DNA of 54,572 nt from Candidatus Moraniibacteriota bacterium (GCA_003510895.1 DOKE01000007.1:7887-62458), one strand, 5' to 3'. Positions 1 to 10,789 are shown, counted from the stretch's first letter. Notes: generated by a model not told the origin, from the sequence alone. Made by a program: numbers and translations.

Positions 1-64
1 CCCCCTATTTTATGATTTTTAAATCACAAATATTTTTTTGGTTATTTTTTGAAGAATTGAAAAG

Positions 65-1024
65 CTATTCCTTGTTTTTCTTGTATTTTTCTTTGCGTAG
101 CATATACATCTGATCCTCTGTCAGCTTTCTGTTGGATTTTATCATATCTGCGATAAGAGCGAAGACTAGGAATTGGAGTCCTACCAGCAAAAGTGTTATG
201 GCAAGAAGAAGGAAATTTCTATATGGAGTTATTTTTAACTCTTGCAAATATAAAAATCCGAAATAAATAAAAATGCTAAGTGAAGAAAGAATCAGGACGA
301 CAGCCGGAATTCCAAAAAATTTCATTGGTCTGACATCGCGAACAGCTTTGAGAATAATTCTTCCGCTGTTGTTGACATATTTATAAATGCTTTTCACTAC
401 TCTGGATTTTCTTTCGGCAAAATAAGTTACAATCACCGGAACCCAAACAACTTTCAAACTTTTTCCGATAGCGTCAATAATAACTTCTTGCGTGTAAGTA
501 AATCCTCCGGGAAGATTAAGTCTCAAAAGTGTTTCTCGGCTGTATCCTCTGAATCCACAGGTCAAATCTTTGATAGGGAAATTCATAAAAGCTCCAATCG
601 TAGAGGCGGCTAGGCGATTGAGATAATATTTTATGGCAGGCATATTTTCCGCTTTGTGATCGCCGAATCTGTCGGCGCTGACCAAATCAGCGTCTCCTTT
701 GAGAATAGGATCGATTATTTTGGAAATATCATCAGGATTAAATTGTCCATCTGCGTCGATATTGACCATTATGTCCGCTTCGTTTTCCAGAGCTTTTTCA
801 ACAGCGGTTCGAAATGTTACTCCAATGCCTCTATTAACTTGATGAGAATAAACAAAATCAGCTCCAGCCTCTCTGGAAACTTTTGCTGTTTTATCGCTTG
901 ATCCATCATCAATAACTTGAATAAAAACCTCGTCTATCCCCTCTATTGTTCGCGGAATTTTTTTGATTGTTTCCGCAATTTTTTCCGCTTCATTGAAAGC
1001 CGGTAAATTAACTACTAACTTCAT
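65..1024 (-). CDS. Glycosyltransferase family 2, polyprenol-phosphate glycosyltransferase-like, with C-terminal TM helices
   Basis: GT-A motifs VIDDGSSDKT and NIDADGQF (DxD-like). Two hydrophobic helices near the C-terminus. ATG start abuts the stop of the upstream ORF. Confidence 0.85.
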   Translation of the reverse strand: MKLVVNLPAFNEAEKIAETIKKIPRTIEGIDEVFIQVIDDGSSDKTAKVSREAGADFVYSHQVNRGIGVTFRTAVEKALENEADIMVNIDADGQFNPDDISKIIDPILKGDADLVSADRFGDHKAENMPAIKYYLNRLAASTIGAFMNFPIKDLTCGFRGYSRETLLRLNLPGGFTYTQEVIIDAIGKSLKVVWVPVIVTYFAERKSRVVKSIYKYVNNSGRIILKAVRDVRPMKFFGIPAVVLILSSLSIFIYFGFLYLQELKITPYRNFLLLAITLLLVGLQFLVFALIADMIKSNRKLTEDQMYMLRKEKYKKNKE

Positions 1025-1255
1025 TTATTTCTTTTTAATTATTAATTTTGGATCGACACAATTGAAATTGCAGCTGACATTTTTTGTTCCTTGCTCAACC
1101 AAGTTTTTTGTGCAAGCATTCAATCTCTCTTGGCAGGATTCTTTGCTTTCGGTGAAATAGTCCATATTGATTTCATATCCAAAACGAGGAAGGATAAAAT
1201 AGGCGACTGTTGCCAATCCTACTATGAAAATGACAAGTTTTATCAAATGAAACAT
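1025..1255 (-). CDS. Small membrane-anchored Cys-containing hypothetical protein
   Basis: 76-aa ORF with an N-terminal TM helix (LVIFIVGLATVAYFIL) and 4 Cys in the soluble tail. Its stop directly abuts the downstream GT2 start. No recognisable family. Confidence 0.4.
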   Translation of the reverse strand: MFHLIKLVIFIVGLATVAYFILPRFGYEINMDYFTESKESCQERLNACTKNLVEQGTKNVSCNFNCVDPKLIIKKK

Positions 1256-1273
1256 AATTTATATTTTATGCAA

Positions 1274-2554
1274 TTATCGCCCGATTCCTTTATACACAAT
1301 GCCTAATTTTTTTATGGATTTTAGATCAATGCAATTTTTCCCGTCAATGATTGCCAGGATTCCATTTTTTTTGAAAACTTGCGGATCTATTTCCCTGAAT
1401 TCTTTGTGGTCGGTTGCTATTATTATAGCACTAGATTTCTTTAAAAGTGAATTAAGTGATTTTTCCGAGGATTTTTCTGTTATGTGAGGATCAAAAGTGA
1501 TCACATTAGCCCCGTGTTTTTTTAGGTGCTGAATTATTTTCAGCGATGGAGATTCTCGAAGATCAGCCACGTTGGCTTTATAGGAAATTCCCAATATTCC
1601 AACAGTTGTTCCATTGAGAGGAAGTTTTATTTTATTAAGAGCGTCTTGCAAGAGTTCCACAGTGTATTCCGGCATTGAATTATTCACTTTTCGGGCAATC
1701 TTTAGAAATTCATGATCAAAACCGGAAGCTTTAGCTCTTTCAATTAGATAATATGGATCGACTGGGATGCAATGTCCTCCCACTCCGCAACTTGGAAAAT
1801 GGGGCATAAAAGCAAACGGCTTAGTAGCTGCTCCTTTAATAACGTCGCTTAGGTCTATGTCTAGCTTATCAAATGATTTAGCCAGTTCGTTTACAAAGGC
1901 TATATTGATGTCTCGGAATGAATTTTCCACTATTTTCACTGCTTCCGCTTCGCGAATGGATTTCATTGGCATAATGGAAGCGTCGATGATATCTTCATAA
2001 AATGCAACCGCTTTGGCTAATCCATTTTTTGTGAATGATCCGACAACGCGGGGAATATTAGTAACATTCCATTTTGGATCTCCCGGATTGATTCTTTCCG
2101 GACAATGCGCCATTTCATAATCCTTTCCTACTTTATAACCGGCCTCGGCAAAAATTGGTTCAACAACTTCTTCACAGACTCCGGGATTTATTGTTGATTC
2201 AATCACAACCAGTTGTCCTTTTTTTAGATTCTTGACAATGGATTGCGTAGCTGATTTCACTGGGCTAAGATCGGGAAAAAAACTTTCGTCAACCGGAGTT
2301 GGAACGCAAACAATAACAATATCGGCCTTTTTCACAACAGAAGCGTCTCGAGTAGCTTTTATTTTGAGCTGAGGAAGATTGTTCGTGAGAAAATCTTCTT
2401 TTATCGGGCTAACGCCGGAATTTATTTTTTTTATTTTATTTTCATCATTATCCAATCCATAAACCTCATATCCTTTGATTGCGCATTGAACAGCTAATGG
2501 CAATCCCACATAACCAAGTCCAATAATACACACAGTGTCTTTCTTTGCTTTCAT
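1274..2554 (-). CDS. Nucleotide-sugar dehydrogenase (UDP-glucose/GDP-mannose dehydrogenase family)
   Basis: N-terminal Rossmann motif IIGLGYVGL, catalytic Cys segment GVGGHCIPVDPYY, and a three-domain length of 426 aa. The exact sugar substrate cannot be determined by eye. Confidence 0.88.
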   Translation of the reverse strand: MKAKKDTVCIIGLGYVGLPLAVQCAIKGYEVYGLDNDENKIKKINSGVSPIKEDFLTNNLPQLKIKATRDASVVKKADIVIVCVPTPVDESFFPDLSPVKSATQSIVKNLKKGQLVVIESTINPGVCEEVVEPIFAEAGYKVGKDYEMAHCPERINPGDPKWNVTNIPRVVGSFTKNGLAKAVAFYEDIIDASIMPMKSIREAEAVKIVENSFRDINIAFVNELAKSFDKLDIDLSDVIKGAATKPFAFMPHFPSCGVGGHCIPVDPYYLIERAKASGFDHEFLKIARKVNNSMPEYTVELLQDALNKIKLPLNGTTVGILGISYKANVADLRESPSLKIIQHLKKHGANVITFDPHITEKSSEKSLNSLLKKSSAIIIATDHKEFREIDPQVFKKNGILAIIDGKNCIDLKSIKKLGIVYKGIGR

Positions 2555-2707
2555 ATAATGTTGTTTAATTTTAAGATCTCACTAGCTATAATAATAGAGT
2601 ATTTTGACTAAATAAACAAGAAAGGTGGCCGGATTATATGGTATAATAAATTTGTTGGGAAATAATGTTTTTCTAAAAAATAGATATTGTCTTTATTGAA
2701 CAAAAAT

Positions 2708-3868
2708 ATGCGTATTGGAATTAACGCTTCTTTTGCAAGAAAATTGAACACGGGGATAGGGCAGGTGACTGTCAATTTTTTGAGAAAATTGGCGGAAATT
2801 CAAGACTCAAAAATGGAGTTTATCTTATACTTGGAAGAAGATATGGATTTGCCTTTGCCGAAAAATTTCACAAAAAATATATTTTTGCCGGTGTATAAAA
2901 GAGAGGATCTGATTCGAAAAATTTGGTGGGAAAAATACTTGCTTCCTAAAAAAGCGGAAAAAGACGGCTGCGATGTTTTTATTAGTCTATATCAATGTCC
3001 GACTATTTTTCATAAAAAGAAGGGATTCATAAAACATTTAATGATTGTTCATGATATCATCCCGAAATTTTTTCCAGAATATTTGAATAATTTTCGAAAA
3101 AAAACTTATTGGAATTTAACCGAAACAGCCATTGGCAAGGCCAACAAAATAATTGCGATTTCTCATAAAACAGAAAAGGATCTTATTAATCATCTACAAA
3201 TTGAAGCCGGAAAAATAACAGTTGTTTCTGTTGCCGCGGATGAAATATACAGTCAGGAAGTTTCTGATTCCGAGAGCAAGAGAGTTTTGGAAAAATATAA
3301 TTTAAAAAAAGGCTATATTTATAGCGGCGGAGGATTGGAAGTAAGAAAAAACACCGAAGGAACGATTCGCGCCTACAAAAAGCTTCTTGATACCAACACT
3401 TTTTTTAACAAGGAAATTCCGGAGCTGGTTATTTCGGGAAAACTTATGCCGGAATTGGCTCCATTAGTAACTGATGCTCAAGCTCTTGCGCAATCAATGG
3501 GGCTGGAAAACAAAGTGAAATTTTTGAATTTTGTTCCGCAAGAAGATTTGCCGGCGTTATATAAAAATTCGGTTCTATTTTCCTATCCTTCTTTTTATGA
3601 AGGTTTTGGTATTCCGGTTTTGGAAGCTATGCATCAGGGTGTTCCGATTTTGACTTCCAAGAATTCTTCTCTTCCGGAAGTTGGCGCTGACACGGTTTTA
3701 TATTGCAATCCATTAGATATTAATGACATTGCCATGGTGATGAAAAATATTTTGTCTAACGAACATTTGCGTCAGGTTCTTTCTGAAAAAGGCAAAAAAA
3801 GAAGCGCCAATTTTTCCTGGGATAAATTTACAAAAAAAATACTAAACATAATTTCTAGCATTTCATAG
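2708..3868 (+). CDS. Glycosyltransferase family 4 (GT-B, GT1-type)
   Basis: Typical N-terminus MRIGINASF. C-terminal motif PSFYEGFGIPVLEAM (E-x7-E type). The ORF track starts at a TTG (2687); I prefer the ATG at 2708. Confidence 0.85.
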   Translation: MRIGINASFARKLNTGIGQVTVNFLRKLAEIQDSKMEFILYLEEDMDLPLPKNFTKNIFLPVYKREDLIRKIWWEKYLLPKKAEKDGCDVFISLYQCPTIFHKKKGFIKHLMIVHDIIPKFFPEYLNNFRKKTYWNLTETAIGKANKIIAISHKTEKDLINHLQIEAGKITVVSVAADEIYSQEVSDSESKRVLEKYNLKKGYIYSGGGLEVRKNTEGTIRAYKKLLDTNTFFNKEIPELVISGKLMPELAPLVTDAQALAQSMGLENKVKFLNFVPQEDLPALYKNSVLFSYPSFYEGFGIPVLEAMHQGVPILTSKNSSLPEVGADTVLYCNPLDINDIAMVMKNILSNEHLRQVLSEKGKKRSANFSWDKFTKKILNIISSIS

Positions 3869-3871
3869 ACA

Positions 3872-5476
3872 ATGAGCGATATAACTTCAAAATTGCGACA
3901 ATTTATTGAAAAATTCCAGGGAAACAATGTGAGTTTGTATTTGATTTTAGTTAATGTTTTGTTACTGTTTTTTGCTATTATTTTTTTTGCTGTTGGGTTA
4001 TTGCCTTTTAAGAACACGGGAGATTTTATTTTTTTTGCAGTTCTGGCTTTTTTGTTTGCGCTTTATCGTCCGGGCTGGGCATTTTTATTTTTCATTGGAG
4101 CAATCGCTTTGGAAAACATCAATGTCGCTCCGATTGTTCTGGGCATTTCAATCAGACCATATCAACTTTTTGGAGCGCTGACCATTTTTGCTTTCAGCTA
4201 CTTGTTTTTGAAAAAAAAGATTGGATTTTCGCTGCCGAAGTTTATTTGGATTGATTGGATGATTTTTGCATTTGTTGTTTTTAGTTTTCTAAGTTCTTTT
4301 TCCTCCAATCATAGAGGAGCTAGTTTAAAGCATTCAATAATTCTGGCTTCTTTTGCGGTTTTCTATTTTTTGATTAGGATATACGTTCAATCTTTTTCGG
4401 ACGCAAAAAAAATATTCCCATTTTTTCTCAGTTCTTCGTTGGTGGTTATGCTATATGCAATTTGGCAGAATATACGATTTGAAAAAGGGCTTTTTTCTTT
4501 TGAAGTTATGGCGGGACGTCCCAATGCTACTTTTACCGAAGCTGATTGGTTAGGAATGTATCTGACGTTGGTTATCGCTGTGATATACGCAACAATTTTC
4601 TATATAACAAAAAAATATTCAGAAGGCCGGATGTTTCTCGCTGTTTCTTATTTATTTCTTGTTTTAGCATACGTCGCGTTGATTATTACGGTTTCTCGCA
4701 GCGCTTGGATTGGAGTTGCTTTTATTACGTTGGTATTTTTAAAAATAGCTTTAACCGATGGCGCGTGGAATTTTTCTGTGTGGCAATGGAAAATATTTTT
4801 CAAACATCTTGGCTTGATTGTTTTGGCATTGGGATTAAGTTTGGTGATAGTTTATATGTTTAATTTGACACGATTTGGGTTTTTAAACAGAATTCAAAGC
4901 GCGACCGGTCTGCAAAAAATAACTGTTGCGTGTCAAAATTCCCAAAATACACCTCCGGAAATTATTCAAAATATAGAAGAACTTTCTCAATATGGATGCG
5001 AGCACATAGATTTGGAGGAGATTGATGAAAAGGAAAGGGAAGGAAAAATAATCAGAGAAATTTCCAGACCGGATCCAAATGTGAATATTCGTCAAGAAAT
5101 TTATAAGAAGTCTTTGCAAACAATTAAAAATAATCCCGTATTAGGAATAGGATGGGGAAGCATTCCGGTGGTTTTAGGAGAAGACGAGAAAGGAACTGCG
5201 TTTAATAGCAGTAATATATTTCTAGAAGTCTGGCTGGGAAGCGGAATATTTGGTTTGCTTGCTTTTATTTCAGTCTTTGGATATATATTTGTTGTGTCAG
5301 TGAAAAATATTTTAGGAAACAATGGAGAAAATAAAATTGCGGCAACTTTCGCGCTTTTGGGGTTTTTTGCGATTATTATTCCCAATTTATTCAATTCCGG
5401 ATTGTTTTTGGGAGTGTTTTGGTTATATTTGGGAATATCAATCGCGCTTTTAAGCGATTTAAACAAGAAAAAATAA
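3872..5476 (+). CDS. O-antigen ligase/polymerase-like polytopic membrane protein (Wzy_C-like)
   Basis: More than 10 predicted TM helices. Segment VSRSAWIGVAFITLVFL resembles the Wzy_C core. Large hydrophilic loop (residues ~340-420). Lies within a GT cluster. Confidence 0.6.
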   Translation: MSDITSKLRQFIEKFQGNNVSLYLILVNVLLLFFAIIFFAVGLLPFKNTGDFIFFAVLAFLFALYRPGWAFLFFIGAIALENINVAPIVLGISIRPYQLFGALTIFAFSYLFLKKKIGFSLPKFIWIDWMIFAFVVFSFLSSFSSNHRGASLKHSIILASFAVFYFLIRIYVQSFSDAKKIFPFFLSSSLVVMLYAIWQNIRFEKGLFSFEVMAGRPNATFTEADWLGMYLTLVIAVIYATIFYITKKYSEGRMFLAVSYLFLVLAYVALIITVSRSAWIGVAFITLVFLKIALTDGAWNFSVWQWKIFFKHLGLIVLALGLSLVIVYMFNLTRFGFLNRIQSATGLQKITVACQNSQNTPPEIIQNIEELSQYGCEHIDLEEIDEKEREGKIIREISRPDPNVNIRQEIYKKSLQTIKNNPVLGIGWGSIPVVLGEDEKGTAFNSSNIFLEVWLGSGIFGLLAFISVFGYIFVVSVKNILGNNGENKIAATFALLGFFAIIIPNLFNSGLFLGVFWLYLGISIALLSDLNKKK

Positions 5477-5481
5477 ATAAA

Positions 5482-6630
5482 ATGAAAATTGGAATCGATA
5501 TTCGTTTAATCGGAAAACAAAGAACCGGCGATGAGGTGGTGTTTTTTAATATCACAAAAAAATTAGCCGAAATTGATAGTAATAATGAATATTTATTGTT
5601 TACCGACATAGTAGATAAAGATATTATTAATCAAATAAAAAGGGACTTGGAAATTTCTGAAAAAAATAATTTTCAAATAATATCAATATCGACAAAAAAC
5701 AGATTCTCTTGGAATTTTTTTGCCCTAGCTCACTATCTTCGAAAAAATCCAGTTGATATTTATTTAACTCAATATATAGTTCCTTTCTTTGTGCCGCGGA
5801 AAATAAAAATAATAACTATTATTCATGATATTTCTTTTAATTTTTTCTCAAAAATGATTAAATTTTCCGATCTATTTTTTCTTAAAATTTTGATACCGAT
5901 AAGTCTTTTCCGAACGGATAAAATTCTCGGGGTTTCTAAATTTACCCGTGATGAAATAATAAAATTTTACAAAATCAATCCGGACAAAGTCGATTTTTTC
6001 CATAACGCTGTTTCTGAGAATTTTAAAAATAAATATTCGAAAGAAGAATTGGAACGCATCAGGAATAAATATAGTCTTCCGAAAAAGTTTATTCTTTATC
6101 TGGGAACATTGCAGCCAAGAAAAAATTTACCATTTTTGATTAAGAGTTATGCTAAAATAAGAAATGATTTAGCAGGAACAAAATTGGTTTTAGCGGGAAA
6201 TAAAAATGCTCACAATACGGACAAAAATATAGATATTGAAGTGGAAATGAACAATTTACAACAAGACGTCATTTTTCCTGGTTATATTGATGAGGGAGAT
6301 AAACCGGTCATTTATGCTTTGGCGCATATTTTTGTTTTTCCTTCTTTGTATGAAGGTTTTGGAATTCCTATTTTGGAAGCTTTTTGTTCGCAAACTCCAG
6401 TCTTAGCTTCGGATATTCCAAGTCTCAGGGAAGTTGGCGGAGATGCAGCTTTTTTTGCCAACCCTTCCAGTCTTGATGAATTTTCAAAAGCATTGTATGA
6501 TATATCTATTAATAATGATTTAAGAAATAGGCTTATTAGCTCAGGGAATAAGCGCGCTGAGCTTTTTTCATGGGAAAAAACAGCCAAAAAGCTTATAGAT
6601 ATTTTTAATTGTATAAAAAGTAACAACTAA
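5482..6630 (+). CDS. Glycosyltransferase family 4
   Basis: MKIGIDIRL N-terminus and C-terminal PSLYEGFGIPILEAF motif. The longer ORF from 5419 would overlap the upstream gene, so the ATG at 5482 is preferred. Confidence 0.85.
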   Translation: MKIGIDIRLIGKQRTGDEVVFFNITKKLAEIDSNNEYLLFTDIVDKDIINQIKRDLEISEKNNFQIISISTKNRFSWNFFALAHYLRKNPVDIYLTQYIVPFFVPRKIKIITIIHDISFNFFSKMIKFSDLFFLKILIPISLFRTDKILGVSKFTRDEIIKFYKINPDKVDFFHNAVSENFKNKYSKEELERIRNKYSLPKKFILYLGTLQPRKNLPFLIKSYAKIRNDLAGTKLVLAGNKNAHNTDKNIDIEVEMNNLQQDVIFPGYIDEGDKPVIYALAHIFVFPSLYEGFGIPILEAFCSQTPVLASDIPSLREVGGDAAFFANPSSLDEFSKALYDISINNDLRNRLISSGNKRAELFSWEKTAKKLIDIFNCIKSNN

Positions 6631-6646
6631 TAAAAAATAAAAAAAT

Positions 6647-7864
6647 ATGAAATTTTTTGGAAAAAAAGGCAATGAGTTTAAGGAAGGGTTTTTTAATAAA
6701 AGAAAAGGTTTAAAAATAACTTTGATTGTTGTTGCATTACTGCTTATTATCGGAGGAACTATGGCCTGGAAAGCTGGAAAAATATTCAACAAAGTTTCTA
6801 CTAATGGAGGGTTTTTCAAGAATCTTATCAATGTAATTCCAGGAGTCAATACAGATCTTAATGGAGAACAGGAAGATAGAATAAATATTTTAATTTTAGG
6901 AATGCGCGGAGAAAATGTTCCGGGCGGTGGAACACTGGCTGATACAATTATTATGGCTAGCGTCAAACCAAAAGAAAATAAAATATCAATGATTTCTATT
7001 CCCAGAGATTTTTATGTAGATAATCCAGCATTGGGGACTAAGAGTAAGATAAATGCTGTTTACGCTTATGCGGAAAAAAACAGCAAAGGACAGGGCATTG
7101 AAGATATGAAAAAAGTTATTGGTGATGTGACTGGTTTGCCTATTCATTATGGAGCGGTTATTAATTTTGAAGGTTTCTCTGATTTGGTGGATGCGATTGG
7201 TGGAGTTGATATAACATTGGAAAATCCCTTTGATGAATCCCAGCAATTCAATCAAGCCCATGTTTGTGATTCTTTCTTTAATGTTCCGACAGGACAATTT
7301 GAAACAAAAACTAAAAAATATTTTAGTAATGACGCTCAAGAATACAAAACAAGAGTTGTTGCCACCTATCCTCTTTGCACAGCTCCTGTTTCTGAATTGG
7401 AATGCGGAGGAAACTTCACTTTACCAGCCGGACCACAAACTTTGTCTGGCGAGAAAGCCCTTTGCTACGTTAGATCACGATATACTTCCAGCGATTTTGA
7501 TAGAGCAAAAAGACAACAGCAAATTATACGTTTAGTTAAAGAGAAACTTTTAAGCGCGGGAACGCTTACTGATTTTGGAAAAATAAATGATATTCTGGAT
7601 AGTCTTGGCAATAATGTCCAGACTGATATGCAACTTTGGGAAATGAAAAGGATATTCTCCTTATACCAAGGAATGAATAATCCTCAAATGTATCAAAGGG
7701 TGCTTGAAAATTCAAATGAAGGACTTCTTTATAATCCTCCAGCAGAATCTAACCCGGGAGCAGGATACATATTGCTGCCGATCGGGGATAACTACGATAA
7801 GATACGAGAAATGGCTCAAAACATTTTTTCTTTGCCGGAACAATCAGACATAAAACCAAAATAG
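6647..7864 (+). CDS. LytR-CpsA-Psr (LCP) family cell-envelope polymer transferase
   Basis: N-terminal TM anchor, then NILILGMRGENVPGGGTLADTIIMASV...ISMISIPRDFYV, which is characteristic of the LCP domain. Confidence 0.85.
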   Translation: MKFFGKKGNEFKEGFFNKRKGLKITLIVVALLLIIGGTMAWKAGKIFNKVSTNGGFFKNLINVIPGVNTDLNGEQEDRINILILGMRGENVPGGGTLADTIIMASVKPKENKISMISIPRDFYVDNPALGTKSKINAVYAYAEKNSKGQGIEDMKKVIGDVTGLPIHYGAVINFEGFSDLVDAIGGVDITLENPFDESQQFNQAHVCDSFFNVPTGQFETKTKKYFSNDAQEYKTRVVATYPLCTAPVSELECGGNFTLPAGPQTLSGEKALCYVRSRYTSSDFDRAKRQQQIIRLVKEKLLSAGTLTDFGKINDILDSLGNNVQTDMQLWEMKRIFSLYQGMNNPQMYQRVLENSNEGLLYNPPAESNPGAGYILLPIGDNYDKIREMAQNIFSLPEQSDIKPK

Positions 7865-7871
7865 TTTTTAT

Positions 7872-8681
7872 ATGGAACTTTCTATTATAGTCACCAGTTA
7901 TAAGAATCCGAACCTTTTAAAGGTTTGTCTAAATTCCATTAAGGATAGTTTAAAAAACTATCCTTATGAGTTAATTGTCGTTGATTCACAGACGGAAGAA
8001 AAAACAGAGATGATGATGCGAGAAGATTTTCCTGATGTCAGTTTTTTTCCTTTTGAGAAAAATGTTGGTTTTCAGGCTTTGCTGAGAAAAGGTTTGGATG
8101 AAAGCAATGGGAAATATATTCTCTTAATGAATGGCGATATGATAGTTATCCCCGGATCAATCGAAAGCTTGCTTGATTATTTAAAAAACAATCCTTCGGT
8201 TGGTATTATTGGTCCGAAACTTCTTAATTTCAATGGCACTCTTCAATATTCTTGTTTTCGTTTTTATAAACCAATTACAATAGTGTATCGAAGAACATTT
8301 TTAGGAAGACTTAGTTTTGCCAAAAAACATCTGGACTGGTTTTTAATGAAAGATCGTGATCACAATGAGATTATAGAAGCTGATTGGCTAATGGGTTCTG
8401 CGCTTATGCTTTCTAGGGAAGCTCTCGGCAAGATTGGTTATATGGATGAAAGGTTTTTTATGTATATGGAAGATGTGGATTGGTGTCGAAGATTTTGGGA
8501 AAATGGTTATAGGGTTGTTTATTATCCCAAAGCGTCAATGCATCACTATCACGGAAAAACTAGCGAGAAAAAAGGAGCTATTTATTCCTTGCTTTTTAAT
8601 AAATACACCTGGATTCACATAGCCAGCGCAGTTAGATATTTTAGAAAATATTGGGGAAAGCCATATCCAAGAAATAATTAA
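7872..8681 (+). CDS. Glycosyltransferase family 2 (rhamnosyltransferase-like)
   Basis: SIIVTSYKN...ELIVVDSQT, NGDMIV, and FFMYMEDVDWCRRFWENGYRVVY, typical of soluble GT2 enzymes. Confidence 0.85.
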   Translation: MELSIIVTSYKNPNLLKVCLNSIKDSLKNYPYELIVVDSQTEEKTEMMMREDFPDVSFFPFEKNVGFQALLRKGLDESNGKYILLMNGDMIVIPGSIESLLDYLKNNPSVGIIGPKLLNFNGTLQYSCFRFYKPITIVYRRTFLGRLSFAKKHLDWFLMKDRDHNEIIEADWLMGSALMLSREALGKIGYMDERFFMYMEDVDWCRRFWENGYRVVYYPKASMHHYHGKTSEKKGAIYSLLFNKYTWIHIASAVRYFRKYWGKPYPRNN

Positions 8682-8698
8682 ATTAAAAAAGATAAATT

Positions 8699-9976
8699 AT
8701 GCAAGATCAGGAAAATGCGGAGAGCGCAAATATCCCCAGTGAAAAAAATAAGTTAATGCTTGATAGATATAGAAAATTTGCCGCAATAATACTTATCTTT
8801 ATTATTGGTTTTTGGGTTGGATTTGAAAAAGGAAAACAAAATCAAACTTCTTCTCCGCCACAAATCATTCCCCTAGATCAAGCTGTTATTGAAAACAAAG
8901 AAAGTAATCAGGAAGTAGATTTTTCTCTATATTGGAAAGTCTGGGATCTTTTAAAAGAAAAGTATGTGGATGCGGAAAAGCTTGATGCAAACAAGTTGTT
9001 ATATGGATCAATAAATGGAATGTTGCAGGCAACGGGAGATCCATATACTTCCTTTTTAACTCCTGAGGAGAATAAAAGATTCGATGAAGATATTGAAGGA
9101 AGTTTTGAGGGAATTGGAGCAGAGTTGGGGATAAAAAATGAAATTTTGACTATCGTAGCTCCGCTTGAAGGAGCGCCGGCAGAAAAAGCCGGATTGAGAT
9201 CGGGAGATAAAATTGTGAAAATTAATGGAAAATCAACAACAGATATGACGCTAGAAGGAGCTGTTAATGAAATTCGCGGTCCGAAAGGAACTAATGTTAT
9301 CTTGACTATTTTTAGAGAAGGAGAAGATGATATGCGCGATGTATCCGTGGAAAGAAACGTTATAAATGTTAAAAGCGTTGAGTCGGAAATAAAAAATGAT
9401 AATATTGCTTACATCAAAATAATTCGTTTTGGGGAAGAGACTACCAAAGAATTTACCGAAGCATTAAAAAAATCTTTATCCAAAAATATAAATGGCTTAG
9501 TAATTGATCTAAGAAATAATCCGGGAGGATATTTAGATTCATCCGTTGCTATTGCCAGCAAGATGCTTCCGGGAAAAAATGTGGTTGTTATTGAAGAAAA
9601 TTCCGATAAATCACAGGATAAAATTTATGCTGAAGGTGGAGATATAGCTAGCGGAGTTAAAACTATAATACTTATAAATGAAGGAAGCGCCAGCGCTTCG
9701 GAAATTTTAGCTGGAGCGTTGAAAGATAACAGAAGTAATGTGACGATTATTGGAAAAAAATCTTTTGGCAAAGGATCTGTTCAAGAATTAATAAAGCTTC
9801 CGCAAGGAACAGCCACAAAAATAACCGTGGCTCGTTGGCTGACTCCCAAAGGAAATCAAATAAATGAAATAGGCATAACTCCCGATATTGAAGCGGAACT
9901 GACAGTTGAAGATTATGAAAATAACAGAGATCCGCAATTAGACAAAGCCCTGCAAGTTATAAAAGAAAACAAGTAG
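8699..9976 (+). CDS. S41 family C-terminal processing peptidase with PDZ domain
   Basis: N-terminal TM anchor. PDZ segment GIGAELG...GAPAEKAGLRSGDKIVKING. Catalytic regions DLRNNPGGYL and NEGSASASEILAGAL...GKKSFGKGSVQ. Confidence 0.9.
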   Translation: MQDQENAESANIPSEKNKLMLDRYRKFAAIILIFIIGFWVGFEKGKQNQTSSPPQIIPLDQAVIENKESNQEVDFSLYWKVWDLLKEKYVDAEKLDANKLLYGSINGMLQATGDPYTSFLTPEENKRFDEDIEGSFEGIGAELGIKNEILTIVAPLEGAPAEKAGLRSGDKIVKINGKSTTDMTLEGAVNEIRGPKGTNVILTIFREGEDDMRDVSVERNVINVKSVESEIKNDNIAYIKIIRFGEETTKEFTEALKKSLSKNINGLVIDLRNNPGGYLDSSVAIASKMLPGKNVVVIEENSDKSQDKIYAEGGDIASGVKTIILINEGSASASEILAGALKDNRSNVTIIGKKSFGKGSVQELIKLPQGTATKITVARWLTPKGNQINEIGITPDIEAELTVEDYENNRDPQLDKALQVIKENK

Positions 9977-9977
9977 T

Positions 9978-10772
9978 TTATTTTTCTATTTCAAAATTAT
10001 TCTCCGTCCATTTTTTAAATCCGTCTTTTAGTATCATAGCTGTGATAAACCGCGTGTCATAAAGCTTCACAGCGGCTTGAAAAGCTTCTATTTCAATATC
10101 GGAATACACCACAATCTGCTTGGATGAAAAAAGCTCCAATCTTCTTCTTTCTATCTCATAGAGAGGAATATTATAGGCTCCTGGCAGATGTCCTTTTGCA
10201 AAAATTTCTTTTTCACGCGCATCTAATATAAAAAGCGGTTCTTTTTGTTCTATCTTTTTTTTAAGATCTTCTTGAGAAATATAATCCACTTTTGATTGAT
10301 CAGAAAAAAGATTCGGATTTCCATATGTAACAGTCTGTCCTCCTAAAATTTTCCATTCTGCCATCCCTCCACTTAAAATAAATACTTCCTTGGCTCCCTT
10401 GCTTTTTAGATTAGAAATAAATTTATCCAATGAATCGCCGGTTGTATCATCAATAATTAAAATTATTTCCGGTTCCATCTCCAAGGAATATTTTTCTATT
10501 TCATCAAGAGAAATATTTGAGGAATCCATTATGTGTTCATAAGAATATTCACTGAAAGATCTGGTGTCAATTATTTTTATTTGTCCCTTGCTTCTTATTT
10601 TTTGTTGTAATTCAGTGGGTGAGATGGATTGATAAGGATTTTTTTCAACAACTTCTGTCTTTTGCAATCGAGTGTTAACCTTATCCTTCGATTTGGTGAA
10701 AATTATCGCAGTTACTATTATTATCAAGATCAGACCGATTAAGATCGCTAATACATCTTTATTTTTTTGCAT
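9978..10772 (-). CDS. Membrane-anchored tandem rhodanese-homology domain protein (no Cys, so predicted catalytically inactive)
   Basis: Two rhodanese-like repeats (IIDTRSFSEYSYEHI...; ILDAREKEIFAKGHLPGAYNIP). The whole 264-aa protein contains no cysteine. N-terminal TM helix. Confidence 0.7.
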   Translation of the reverse strand: MQKNKDVLAILIGLILIIIVTAIIFTKSKDKVNTRLQKTEVVEKNPYQSISPTELQQKIRSKGQIKIIDTRSFSEYSYEHIMDSSNISLDEIEKYSLEMEPEIILIIDDTTGDSLDKFISNLKSKGAKEVFILSGGMAEWKILGGQTVTYGNPNLFSDQSKVDYISQEDLKKKIEQKEPLFILDAREKEIFAKGHLPGAYNIPLYEIERRRLELFSSKQIVVYSDIEIEAFQAAVKLYDTRFITAMILKDGFKKWTENNFEIEK

Positions 10773-10789
10773 TTGTTTGCAATTTTTAT

